Source: a bacterium
GTDB lineage: Bacteria; SAR324; NAC60-12
DNA length: 14,735 bases
Assembly (NCBI GenBank): GCA_965233585.1
Contig: CBDDTI010000391.1
Span: forward strand, 1 to 14,735
Reading direction: 5' to 3'
Below are positions 1 through 10,470 of this stretch, piece by piece. The notes under the pieces were generated by a model, which was not told the origin of the DNA, made no database searches, and saw only the letters and a program-made list of their open reading frames with translations. Both the position numbers and the translations under genes were made by a program. Numbering within the stretch: the stretch's first letter is position 1; the number at the start of each line of letters is the position of its first letter.

Positions 1-324
1 CGAAAGATGAAAGGCAGGGAATTCAATTTCAGGGGATCCAGGTAATACGTGTATTTAGTTCATATTTACACTTTGACACTGCTTTTAGTACATTGACAGC
101 AGAGCCAGGGGGTGTGGGGCTTAAGCTTTTACCCTGAGATTCCAGCACACGTCAAGCTTTTGTAAAACGTTTAGTGTACTAGTTAATTAGATGGTATGTA
201 TGTATGAATGTATCAAGTTAGCAAAACATGGGAAATATTGTTGTTATTACTAAAAATACCTGTTATAATTTTTACACTTCGAGTTTGAAATATTGACTTG
301 CACAATGCTGAAAATACAGTCTGT

Positions 325-481
325 AGCATTTCCGGGCCTCTAGATTTCAAAGATTTCTGGAGGGCATGCTCCCAGACCCCCCTAGAGGCTCACGCCTTCC
401 GGCATTCGTATTTAATAACCCCTCTTAATAAATATTGCTGTCAATACGAACACCCTTCCAAAAACCTCAGCTACGGGCCTG
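325..481. mobile_element. Right-end fragment of a CAGG-terminated non-autonomous DNA transposon (hAT-like MITE)
   Basis: Ends ...gctacgggcctg and contains the gggcatgctcccagacccccctag motif typical of such invertebrate MITEs (recalled, not searched); no left TIR seen. Confidence 0.5.
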
Positions 482-956
482 AGCCTTCCACTGGTTCAGC
501 TAAAATACAGTCTATACCTTTTGCTCACAACCAGAAACTAATAAGGTGTTGAATAAGCTTGGCACTTCCATTTCATAGAAAACACATCTTTTTTGAAAAC
601 TTTTACAGTGGCCATTACATTTTTTCTTTTTACCTTCCCAGTCAGTAAAACATTTGCATATCTCGCACTTGTTTTGCACATGTACTACGCCATCTACAGG
701 TACATGTTCACGGTTGGATTTCAGTTAGTAACATACTATTCTGGTGTTCCTGGTGTTAGTACAGGCTTATTAAACTTGATTTGGTCACAGAGGAAAACTT
801 TGCCTTCATTTTAGTTGTGCACTTGGTAGTGTAGTTGATTGCATCATTGTCAATCCAGTACACATGTGGCACTTAAACCTTGTGTGATGCACAAAGTGTG
901 TGCACACTAACAAAAGTAGGTACTGCATCTCCTTAATTAGGGTGGCTTATGACATT

Positions 957-1130
957 GCCTGCGTAGCAAGCGTTTCTGTGGAGCAAAAAGCGAAGAACTG
1001 GGTTTTCAGCGTTTTGCCCATGCAAGAAATGGGGCAAGAGCAAAAATAAGAAGGAAGGGGTAGGGGAAGCCAAAACACCGAAAACCCTGTTCTTTGCTCT
1101 TTGCTCTATGGAAACGATTGCTAAGCAGGC
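957..1130. mobile_element. MITE with ~60-bp imperfect terminal inverted repeats
   Basis: gcctgcgtagcaagcgtttc (957-976) vs gaaacgattgctaagcaggc (1111-1130), 18/20 complementary; pairing extends inward; TA on the right flank. Confidence 0.85.
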
Positions 1131-1250
1131 TACTTATTACAGGTTTTTGGATACTCAGTAGTGAGTGCTATGATTGCCTGCCAGAAATACTGAAATTTCA
1201 AGCTGGGGTCATACAAGAAGATTTTAAGAAAAAATTATGATTTAACCTAC

Positions 1251-1775
1251 TAGTGCCCAGTCTCTTCTTAGGTACTCAGTCTTCCATTTTGGCCATTTGA
1301 AATTGTTGACATTTAATTGTTCAAGTTCCCCATAAAATGGTAACACACTTGAACAAACAGTAAATAGAGAAAAGAAAAATATCTTGGTACATTTTTCAAA
1401 AGAGTTGGAAGTTGGGATGTTATAATCCATCAAAACTGTAGTAAGCCACCGTAAGGGTAATTTTTTAAGATTTCAAGATTTCAATGCAACAAGTTGTTGG
1501 AATTTCTAATTAGACAAGTGTTTTCTACTAAGGTTTGAATTTTTTCCGCAATCATTTATTGTATGTTAATCGATAATCAACAGTTAACTAACATGTACCC
1601 TCTTTAAAGGTAGATACATGGCTCTCATATGTAGAATCTCATTATCGTAGTTCATATCACTACGGCACCACGTGGTCTCACCTGTTCCTAACACTGCTGC
1701 AACCTCTTGATCAGGTTCCAGATGGCTAGCTAGCTGATCTTGGGGCTCTCCTTGTGACTCTTGATTCCCTAACAT
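1251..1775 (-). other. Possible two-exon fragment (1682-1775 and 1251-1435) of an unidentified, perhaps decayed gene
   Basis: ATG at 1775, donor ACAG|GTGAGA (phase 1), acceptor ctacAG at 1436 and donor CTA|GTAGGT; splicing joins the two 63-aa ORFs in frame; no recognisable domain. Confidence 0.3.
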
Positions 1776-2073
1776 TATATTTCAAGCTTTCCTTCGATTC
1801 ACAGAACACGAGATCGCGAAATCTATTCATCAACAAAGTTCATCAAAACAAACGATTCAATGAACACTCTCGTTCCAGTTCTAACCGAGCATAAAACGTG
1901 AAAGGACCGAAAGGGACTGTGGGAGATCAAACAAGCACGGCATTTCGGGATTTAGTGACCCGTGACCTTATCAGCTCGAGAAGTTATGACCCGCTGCCGC
2001 CACGACGTTTTGATTTTTTCGCAAATCACCAAAATAAAACGACTCAAAAACAACCTGTGTGTACGGCACCCCG

Positions 2074-2490
2074 TACCCTGAGTTCCAGAGGTTATTTTTT
2101 TCTGATCGATATTTCGCGGCGAAGCCGCGTTAACGAGGCGCAAAGCGCTGAGGAGAAAAAAATAACTTCTGGTCACAGGAGCACGCAACCTCATTTCCAT
2201 GCGTGAAATCAGTTCAGAAATTGAACTGGGTCACCGATTGGATACTCCCATGTCCGCAGGGAATTAACAATATAACAATGGCCCTGATTGGCTACATCGA
2301 ACAACTTCACATGGGAGTATCCAATCAGTGACCTAGTTCAATTTCTGAACTGATTTCTCGCATGGAAATGAGGTTGCGTGCTCCTGTGACCAGAGGTTAT
2401 TTTTTCTCCTCGGCGCTTCCTCGGCGCTTTGCGCCCCGTTAACGCCGCGAAATATCGATCAGAAAAAAATATCCTCTGGAACCCAGGGTA
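2074..2490. mobile_element. Foldback MITE, Mutator-like (long TIRs, 9-bp TSD)
   Basis: Arms 2074-2253 and 2309-2490 are inverted copies; perfect TSD ggcaccccg at 2065-2073 and 2491-2499. Confidence 0.93.
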
Positions 2491-2780
2491 GGCACCCCGA
2501 GAAGGAACCTGGCATGTCACCAGTGAAAAAAAAAAAAAAAAAACAATAAAAGCAAGTGACACACTCGAACACCAACCCACGGTCTGCCCAGCCATATCAC
2601 CCGGGCAGTGGCAGCCATGGACAGCTGTTCCGACCTTGTTAGGCCTCATCAGCATGGCATAGCCGTCGGGCAGAAATAGGACTAAAAGCCCTGTTAGTCT
2701 GCCTTCAGTACTGCTGAGGCGGGGAAAAAACTTTGCAGGCGTAGAATTTTAGCGAGCGAGAGAACTTTCATAAGGGGAGC

Positions 2781-3161
<381 letters not shown>

Positions 3162-3199
3162 GAGATTACTCGATCGCGAGCTATGCCGACACTCAGGTG

Positions 3200-3476
3200 G
3201 TGGAACAGAGAATTAATTCGGAAGTGTAAATTTAAGTGTTATATGAAGCCCGTGAAAGACCCACTGGGCGTTAGCCCTAGTAAAGGGAATCAGGGAACCA
3301 CACGAAGTAAAGAAAAAATTATTTTGACCTCGGTGGGAATCGAACCCACGACCTCCGGATTGGATGTACCGTTACTCTGCCGACTGAGCTACGAGGGCTT
3401 CAAGGGCTTCATATAGCACTTAAATTTACACATATAGCACTTAAATTTACACTTCAGAGTTAATTCTCTGTTCCAC
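3200..3476. mobile_element. Inverted-repeat-bounded element enclosing a tRNA-like sequence
   Basis: 3200-3251 is an inverted copy of 3404-3476; the right arm carries a 21-bp tandem duplication catatagcacttaaatttaca; no clear TSD. Confidence 0.75.
3325..3398 (-). pseudogene. tRNA-like sequence (tRNA pseudogene or SINE head) with a degenerate anticodon arm
   Basis: GCCCTCG TA GCTC AGTCGGCA GAGT ... GTGGG TTCGATT CCCAC CGAGGTC A: acceptor stem 6/7 paired, D and T arms intact, anticodon stem poorly paired; T6 run at 3313-3318. Confidence 0.75.
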
Positions 3477-4408
3477 GCTTTGTGTTCATAGTGCTACGCT
3501 GCACAACATTCATATATACCGATACTCAGCCTGTGACTGAAAGTGAGACGAGGACGTGGCCCTGTCCGTGGCGAGTCCGTGGCCACGGTCCGTGGCCACT
3601 GCATGCTGCAGTTGAGCCCGCAGTACGTTCGGCTGTCAAAACTTAGCGGTCCTGTCGCTGTCCTGCCGAAACGACGCGACAATGGTCAACAAGCACAAAC
3701 ATAGTTAATAATAACTATGACACAAATAAAGACAATGCAAATAACGCTTCGGCCTGTCTTCTAATAGTTAACTTGAGAATTCTGGGTTTCATTTGATGAG
3801 GAACTTCGTATTTTGTTTAGAATAACGGAACTATTATCCCACCTGGCGACTCGAGCGAGTTGCCTGACGTTGGCGTCAAATTAGAAGCTTAGAGGCTCAA
3901 AATGTTTCATAACATTCACTTTTTACTATCTGATATGGTTTTTGGAATTGCAAATGCCTTTTCCTGAATATTTGATGCCCGACTTCAATGCTTTTGTTGT
4001 TAACTTGCACTGAACACAGGACAGTAGAGTTTTTGCTCGCAGGTTCGCACATTAGTTTACACTCGGCCATCATGAAAGAAATCTCTGTATACGCAAGACC
4101 GTATGAAAATATCATGACGTGTGCATTTTCAATTTAGCTGCAAAATTTCCATTGTGTTTGGTGCAAGTTCTTTTTCTTCAAGTTTCGGCAATGTGAAGAT
4201 TATTCTGAACAATTCAAACCCGCGAAGCTCTTCGAAACGTCTCACAGAATCGGCTGAGAAAATGAATGATATAGAAACAATAGTAACAATGGACCTTAGC
4301 CTGACAACATTAGATAGAGCTTCGTGCTCACAAGATCCAATGAAATCAGAGGATCTCGAAGCTGCATAACAATACACGGCACGAAAAATTGGATGCACCG
4401 TAAATTTT

Positions 4409-4641
4409 ATGTGGGTTGAGTTTTTTGTTGGTTCTCTACCAGGGCCCCTGGCTCTCTACTCTGCTCCGAGAGGTTTTTCTCCGGGTACTCCGGTTTTTCC
4501 CTCTCCCTAAAAACCAACATTTCTAAATTCCAATTCGATTCTGGAATGCACGGACATTTCTGAATGAGTCCTTGTGAACTCCTTGGTGCTCCCTGGGTAA
4601 ATAAATTATATTTACAATTTTACATTTACATTTACATTTAC
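4409..4641 (+). mobile_element. 5'-truncated V-domain-type SINE
   Basis: tgtgggttgagtt...ggtttttctccgggtactccggtttttccc resembles the V-SINE core; (tttaca)n tail; no tRNA head. Confidence 0.8.
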
Positions 4642-4947
4642 CTTTGATCTCTTATGTACAACTTTCATCCCACGTCATGTCATGTCAAGGGCGAGGTCAA
4701 ATATGGCCATATCGTGCCACTCCTCTTTAACGCCTTAATAAACTGCGTTTTCGTTTTTAATAATTTGTTATAGTATCAACCTATTCTTTATAATGTTGAC
4801 TTTGTTAACAATAAAAGTGACTTGTTTAAGCTGACTGTGAGTTTTTTTTGCTTTGTCAGTCTTACCTCAGTCTATTGTTCACTTATTATTCGGACTTGTG
4901 ACTTGGTATGAAATTTTCTTTAAATTTTTGTCTTTCATAACAATAAC

Positions 4948-5222
4948 GTGTGGGAGGCGCGGTGGTCTCATGGTTAGTGCGCTCGGCTCCTTCTTAGGCA
5001 AGACACTTTACTCTCACAGTGCCTCTCTCCACCCAGGTGTATAAATCGGTACCAGCAAATTGTTGGGAAAAACCTATCAAATCGCTGGGAAGTGACCTGC
5101 GATGGACTAGCATCCCGTCCAGAGGAAGTAAAAATACTTCTAGCCGCTTCGTGCGATAGAAACCGAGATAAGCCCCGGAAGCTATGAGCCATTCTTGGCT
5201 CCAAGGCTTCACTTCTTCTTTC
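4948..5222 (+). mobile_element. tRNA-derived CORE-like SINE with B-box deletion and 14-bp TSD
   Basis: Head ggcgcggtggtctcatggttagtgcgc; CORE-like ttaggcaagacactttactctcacagtgcctc; TSD ttcataacaataac at 4934-4947 and 5223-5236. Confidence 0.88.
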
Positions 5223-5382
5223 TTCATAACAATAACTAAATTATTTTAACCAAAAGAAGCTAATTAGACTAAAATCAACCAATCAAATAGCAGGCATTTC
5301 GATCCTTACCGAGCAAGGGTCTTCCTATAAAAGCCACCCAAAAAAACTAATTTGTCATTCGTTCATTTGAATTGCAAGAAAA

Positions 5383-5559
5383 ATGGTAACTCTGTGCATT
5401 GAGTGCAAAAAAATTGTTAAGAAGAGTCAAGAAGCCCTTCTGTGCGACGGCTGTAACAAATGGCAGAATAGAACGTACAGCAGTGGTGTGTCCAGAGACA
5501 TGAATAGAAACACTGTCAAGTCTGGGGAAGAGATTCTTTATTCAAGCAACTGTACGTGA
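5383..5559 (+). pseudogene. Decayed PHD-finger ORF (58 aa), probably transposon-derived
   Basis: MVTLCIECKKIVKKSQEALLCDGCNKWQNRTYSSGVS...NCT*: CxxC...CDGCxxW pattern with the His and several later Cys ligands substituted. Confidence 0.7.
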
Positions 5560-5768
5560 TCAATTTTACCCCGGATTTCTCGGAAGGTCTGATTTTTCTC
5601 ACCAGTTTTCGTTTCCCTTGGAGTGTTACGGGTCTGTTAAAATCTTTTAAATCAACTAAAATCGATCTGCGTTACAATTTTACGGGCAATTTAACTGGAA
5701 ATACGGTCAAACACGACTCCTCTGTTCCCTGTGGGCAGTGATGTTCATCTATCTTCGAAAAATATTTT

Positions 5769-5843
5769 CGACTTAAGTGTGGGTGAAACGACTTTAATTT
5801 AGGAAAATCGACTCAGATCGAGTAGGCGAAACGGCCGACATCC
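5769..5843. mobile_element. Probable terminus of a Mutator-like element
   Basis: Repeated gg(c/t)gaaacg(a/g)c subterminal motifs ending gtaggcgaaacggccgacatcc; partner TIR not found. Confidence 0.45.
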
Positions 5844-5982
5844 TCTCTCATATACAAGGTTTGAAGGGGCTCAGTTGTCAGATTATAACTTCCTTCACAC
5901 TTTCGATACACGATTTTGTACATATTTGAAGGTGTGCAAGTTGTTCAATAGGTGATACTGAGAGTCTGAAAGTCCGACAGCA

Positions 5983-6885
5983 CTAAAGCCTTCTGTTTTC
6001 ATATCTGTCCCAGTCTTTTTTGAGCTCAGTGACAACTGATTTTCTCAAGCCAGAAAAATTGGACAAACTGTTTTCTAATTCACTAGCGATGTGGACAGCC
6101 TTATCAGCTGACTCCTCTCTGTACATTTGTGGTTGAGTGTCCAATTTTCGCTGGTCTGATGCTGTTGACGATGATGGATGCTTATTAAGAGAAATATCAA
6201 CTCCTCCTGATTCACTACTCAACGTTGTTTCGTCTTTTGTGACGTGCATTTTTAGTTTCCCCGCATTACCACTTACGTGAAACCCTCCATATTTAACATC
6301 AGATTTTTTACTTCCTGAAACATTCTTGGCTTTATCTTGAGTAGACTTCCTTTGAAAACATTTTCTTTGCTTTTTGGGAAAAAATGAACAGCCTACCCTC
6401 AGAAAAACGTTTTTAAGTTTCAGCATCGGCATTAATCTTTCTACTTTCTTAGAATAAAGTCGTTTTCTTATTACAAGTGTCTTCCTTGGTTTGTTTGGCT
6501 TTAAGTTCTTCGTTTGCCTCCTCAAAGGCTTCTTTCTCTTGAAAATCGCAGATTTACGAATGCTTATGGAACTCCACCCTGGCTGAGTTACATGTACTAC
6601 GGGCTTGTCTGATTTGAGGACGGGATAGTCCGCTGTTCCAGGCTTAACGACTACTTGAACGGAGTCTGCTTGAGCGATTACCTTCGCTTGGTCCTTAGTT
6701 GCTGTAATTTTCATCTCCCCTGACTTGTCCTCAACTTGAAAATGCGCCTTCTGGCCTTCGCTGTCAGCGGCCTGTGTTATAGGTATCCAAAACGGTTGCA
6801 AGATAAAATAGAAGGTGAACAGAACATAACTGAATGACTGCTTTTTGCTGCCGTTAAAAGGGTATTTTCTAGAGACGATTACCAT
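5983..6885 (-). CDS. Intronless putative secreted protein (~300 aa) with two copies of an unrecognised beta-rich module separated by a Lys/Arg-rich linker
   Basis: Longest ORF in the window; first real ATG at 6885. Hydrophobic segment VLFTFYFILQPFWIPITQA resembles a signal peptide. Module 1 (6637-6753) is 21/39 identical to the + strand paralog; module 2 (FHVSGNAGKLKMHVTKD..., 6175-6282) is a diverged internal repeat. Confidence 0.8.
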   Translation of the reverse strand: MVIVSRKYPFNGSKKQSFSYVLFTFYFILQPFWIPITQAADSEGQKAHFQVEDKSGEMKITATKDQAKVIAQADSVQVVVKPGTADYPVLKSDKPVVHVTQPGWSSISIRKSAIFKRKKPLRRQTKNLKPNKPRKTLVIRKRLYSKKVERLMPMLKLKNVFLRVGCSFFPKKQRKCFQRKSTQDKAKNVSGSKKSDVKYGGFHVSGNAGKLKMHVTKDETTLSSESGGVDISLNKHPSSSTASDQRKLDTQPQMYREESADKAVHIASELENSLSNFSGLRKSVVTELKKDWDRYENRRL

Positions 6886-7681
6886 CTTGGCTGGTGAAAT
6901 CAAATAGCTAGACGCCCTTTACTCAGTCGCTATTGTTTTCTTTAAAGTTGATCAGTGTTATTAAATAATTTATTAGAACATTCCACGTTCATTTAGACGA
7001 AAAACACCATCGAAAGAACTCCGTTATGAGCTTGAACTTCACTTGAATTTTAAAGCACCACTGAGTGAATTTATCAGCACGTTATTCATCAACACTAAAA
7101 TAAAAAAGTAGAACTGATTAATGTCAATGTGTTGCATTCAGACGCGTCCCACCAGCGGCTTCTTGTCGGGTGGTTAATTTGTGCCTGTTTGTTAAAGACC
7201 CGTCCATCGTTTCAAATGGCATATCGTTCATTTCCAGCAACTGACTTTTTGCTGCCTAACCCAAGGCTTCTATTTACTATTTTCGCTTAAAAATTGTGAT
7301 TTTATGTTCTGTTTAGTGATGGTACTAATTAAAGTTTGGAAAACATGTTCAGTCGAATGTTTGGTTTCTTTATAGTTAATCAAATGATATAATCACAAAT
7401 TAAGTGGAACACTGGACTGTTTATTCATTTTATTTTCATTATTTTCAGCATGTTAGAGAGGTAACTACGTGAAACGATGAACCTCAACTGAAATATCCTT
7501 TCATGAGATTTTAGAGCATTTGGACGTTGAAAACACCAAAAAAAAAAGACAATTGTCACCCAAGGGGGCTTATTCAGTATCTTGTTCAATATTAATTTAA
7601 TGAGCAGGTTGTTTATTGAAGCCATTGGTCCCTTACTCCTCCTCCATTGTTTTCAGAACCACGGTGACTTAAATACCCATC
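6886..7681. promoter_or_regulatory. Candidate bidirectional promoter and 5' UTR interval between the divergent paralogs
   Basis: 796 bp between two divergent ATGs with no recognisable TE; positional inference only. Confidence 0.4.
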
Positions 7682-7828
7682 ATGGCGGCTTTACCTCTTG
7701 TGGGTTCTTCGAAACTTTCGCTTCTGACTGTTTACTGTTTTGTTATTGTCGCTACGAGATACATATCATCGATTAAATGTTCTCCAGTTCCACAAGATGC
7801 TGGAGGGTTTCAAAAACCACACTTCCAG
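7682..7828 (+). CDS. Exon 1 of a small putative secreted protein (109 aa total), paralog of 5983-6885
   Basis: ATG in catcATGG context; signal-like LSLLTVYCFVIVAT...KC-SPVP; ends ...QKPHFQ at a CAG|GTAATG donor, phase 0 (49 codons). Confidence 0.82.
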
Positions 7829-8468
7829 GTAATGGAGAACTTTTCTGACAGTTTGATTTTGTCAGTGACTCGAGAGTTAGAGAGATCGGTCATAATTGTG
7901 CTTTCGGTTGTTATTTATGGATATTTCAGAAGTTTCTATTTAACTTTCTCGTCAGTAAATCATTCAACCAGCTTAAGGGTACTCACTTGTTTCGATATTT
8001 CTGCCAGCTTTTAAATAAAATAATGTTTTATTTCATTATTTACGGTTAGCTCCTGGACTGAGGGGTTTTGTTTTTTAATGGGATTAAATGATCTTTCCTC
8101 GGTTGCCTAAAAGGTAGCCAAGGCAAGAGAAAATGCTGGGCACAAAATTGAAGCGAAAGAAAGCGCCACGTCGAGGTTTATCGTATTTTGCCATCGCTTG
8201 TAGCTTTACTGTCGCACACAGTTTTATAAAAGGTTGCACACTTTAGCCTTTGGAGCTTCATCGTCGTTTTTACCAAAAGCAACTGAATTTGAAACTGGAT
8301 CAAAAATGGAATCGCCGCACATGCGCAAAAGAGTGCAACAAGCCAGCTCTTGAATAATTGCAGATTCAAGTTGGGTTTTTGTTATTTGTTGTTATTTAGT
8401 TATCATGTATTGATATTTAGTTATTATATCAGTGTCTCCAATTATTCGACATTTAAGTAAAGTTGTTG

Positions 8469-8668
<200 letters not shown>

Positions 8669-8928
8669 GTTTAAATTTTGATATACCTTTTACACATTTA
8701 CCCAACTGGCGCACGCTAAGTCAAACTGCGTGACATTACTCTGATTCGCATTCGCTCTTCACAAATGTCTAAAAACGTGTGATCTATCTTTAACGCCTTT
8801 AATACTCTGAACAAATAAATATTTTGTAGTTTAGCCTCTACGATGTGATCTTGTTATGTAAATTAAACCACAAATCAACAAAATGGAAAACTGGTCCGAA
8901 TTCTCTTCTTGTTTTAATCTTTTACCAG

Positions 8929-9111
8929 GTGGAACACAAGGCTGGTGTTCTGACAATCATGGCCACAAAAGATAAAGCTGATGTTGATGTTAAGTCCGAC
9001 ACAATTCGTCTGCTGGTCAAACCAGGAGATAAACAAGTTCCCGTCGCCAAAGTACCCGAAGTTAAGACAGTTCACGTGGAAGCAAATTTTCCACAGATTC
9101 ACGCCCTGTAA
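8929..9111 (+). CDS. Exon 2 (terminal coding exon) of the small putative secreted protein
   Basis: Polypyrimidine tract plus acceptor ttctcttcttgttttaatcttttaccAG at 8928; phase 0. VEHKAGVLTIMATKDKADVDVKSDTIRLLVKPG continues the alignment to the - strand gene exactly across the junction; TAA at 9109-9111. Confidence 0.82.
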   Translation: MEHKAGVLTIMATKDKADVDVKSDTIRLLVKPGDKQVPVAKVPEVKTVHVEANFPQIHAL

Positions 9112-9523
9112 CTATAAAAGGAAATGTGAGCTCAAACAACCCAACCACCGAATCTACTATCTCCCCTGTTGGGAAGTGTTTCACCCTGGACAAAGACTCA
9201 CAGGATACTGTTCAGTACTTGCCTCGATTTTAATGCCAAGCTTGTGTTTGTAAGATGTTTCTCTGAAACATCCGAATTAGTTGTCAGTTACTTAGTTATT
9301 CTGGTTCTCTTACAAGGGTTAACGGACAAAGGCTTATTGTAATACATTGAAGTTCATCTTTTCGTCATGGAGACTGAGGAGAAACGAAATGGCCGCGTGA
9401 AAAGTGGTAGCCCGAAAGGTACTGGTTGTAGAGAAGTTCCACCCTGTTAATTGCTGCTTGTCAGGTCTTGTCAAGGGAGGAGGGGGATAGTCGCGTGGAG
9501 CAGGCTGTATGCTCGGCGAATTA

Positions 9524-10470
9524 GGGCCTGTTCACATGGAGGTGGGGGATCCCAGGTAGGTGAGGTTGGTGGGGTTATCAATCTCTTCATACAATCTCTC
9601 TTTTTTTCTTGACTGCTTTCACATGAGGTGGGGTAGCTCACCTAGGCGGGTTGCCCGGTCAGCTGTGCCGGGTAACCCGCTTAGGTGGGGTACGTTTTCT
9701 CCATGTGGGCATTTATCCATTATAAAACCAATTGAAAGGCTGACCGGAAGGCCTAAAAATGTTAAATTTAATGCCCAATATTTCGGTTAGACAGGGCTAA
9801 CCTTCCTCAGGGGCTACACTAAACGGAAAGGATATTGAGCAGGGCCTGTCGGCGATGTACACAAAGATACGCCGATGTTTAGTTTAGCGATTGATTTCTT
9901 CGATGAATTTGGCCTTGAAAGGCTCACTGAGCCCGAAAAGCCCTTGAATGAAACCAGCAGTGACTTTAAATAACAGCTTGGCAAAGAACGAGCTCTTATT
10001 AAAGAAAGGTTATAACCTCCGCCCAGCACCCCGGGGTTATTAGATACACTTAATGTACGGTCCAGAGGGAAACAGTTAGTTTTGTTTTCCCGAGAGTCCT
10101 GATGTTTTCCGAGACGAAGTCGAGGGAAACATCAGGACTCGAGGGAAAACAAAACTAACTAGTTTCCCGAGGGACCATACATTAAGTGTTTTGTTATATA
10201 GCTAGACTTTCCCTTGAACAATCATACAGCAAAAGCAAACATAGACGGCGTGAGGGCAACAACTGCGCAATTGTATCCCGGTCGGGATACATTTGAGTTT
10301 GATCAGAGGCACGTGACCAAGAATCAACCAATCACGGTGCTCATTTTGTTGAGCGAAAGTCTAGCTATATAACAACTACAAATATTGCATGTGAAGGCTA
10401 GCTTTCTTTTACCACAGGTAGGTGGGGTACCTCACCTACCTGGGGTCCCCACCTCCATGTGAACAGGCCC
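9524..10470. mobile_element. PIF/Harbinger-type non-autonomous element carrying a nested insertion
   Basis: TIR gggcctgttcacatggaggtgggg / ccccacctccatgtgaacaggccc; 3-bp TTA TSD at 9521-9523 and 10471-10473. Confidence 0.9.
10046..10375. mobile_element. Double-hairpin non-autonomous element (possibly Crypton-like) nested in the Harbinger element
   Basis: Long hairpin 10046-10189 abutting a module bounded by perfect 21-bp IRs (10191-10211 / 10355-10375); no TSD evident. Confidence 0.75.

Noticed and set aside
1898..2655. ORFs sharing EKKITSGHRSTQPHFHA on opposite strands
   Set aside because: Artefact of the MITE's inverted arms, not paralogous genes.
3325..3398. Functional tRNA gene
   Set aside because: Anticodon stem mispaired with an irregular loop; no isotype can be assigned.
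3550..3600. GC-rich gtccgtggc repeats (RG-repeat coding or CRISPR-like)
   Set aside because: Only three to four short degenerate units with no spacers and no supported ORF; eukaryotic context.
3897..4398. Overlapping 72-89-aa ORFs
   Set aside because: No recognisable domain or consistent exon chain; could not be supported.
6886..6903. ORF-track start of the 306-aa protein
   Set aside because: Non-ATG codon; first ATG is at 6885. An upstream exon splicing into ...acacAG near 6772 cannot be excluded.
7829..8014. C-terminal half of the 110-aa ORF
   Set aside because: Read-through into the intron; homology to the paralog stops at the donor and resumes at 8929.
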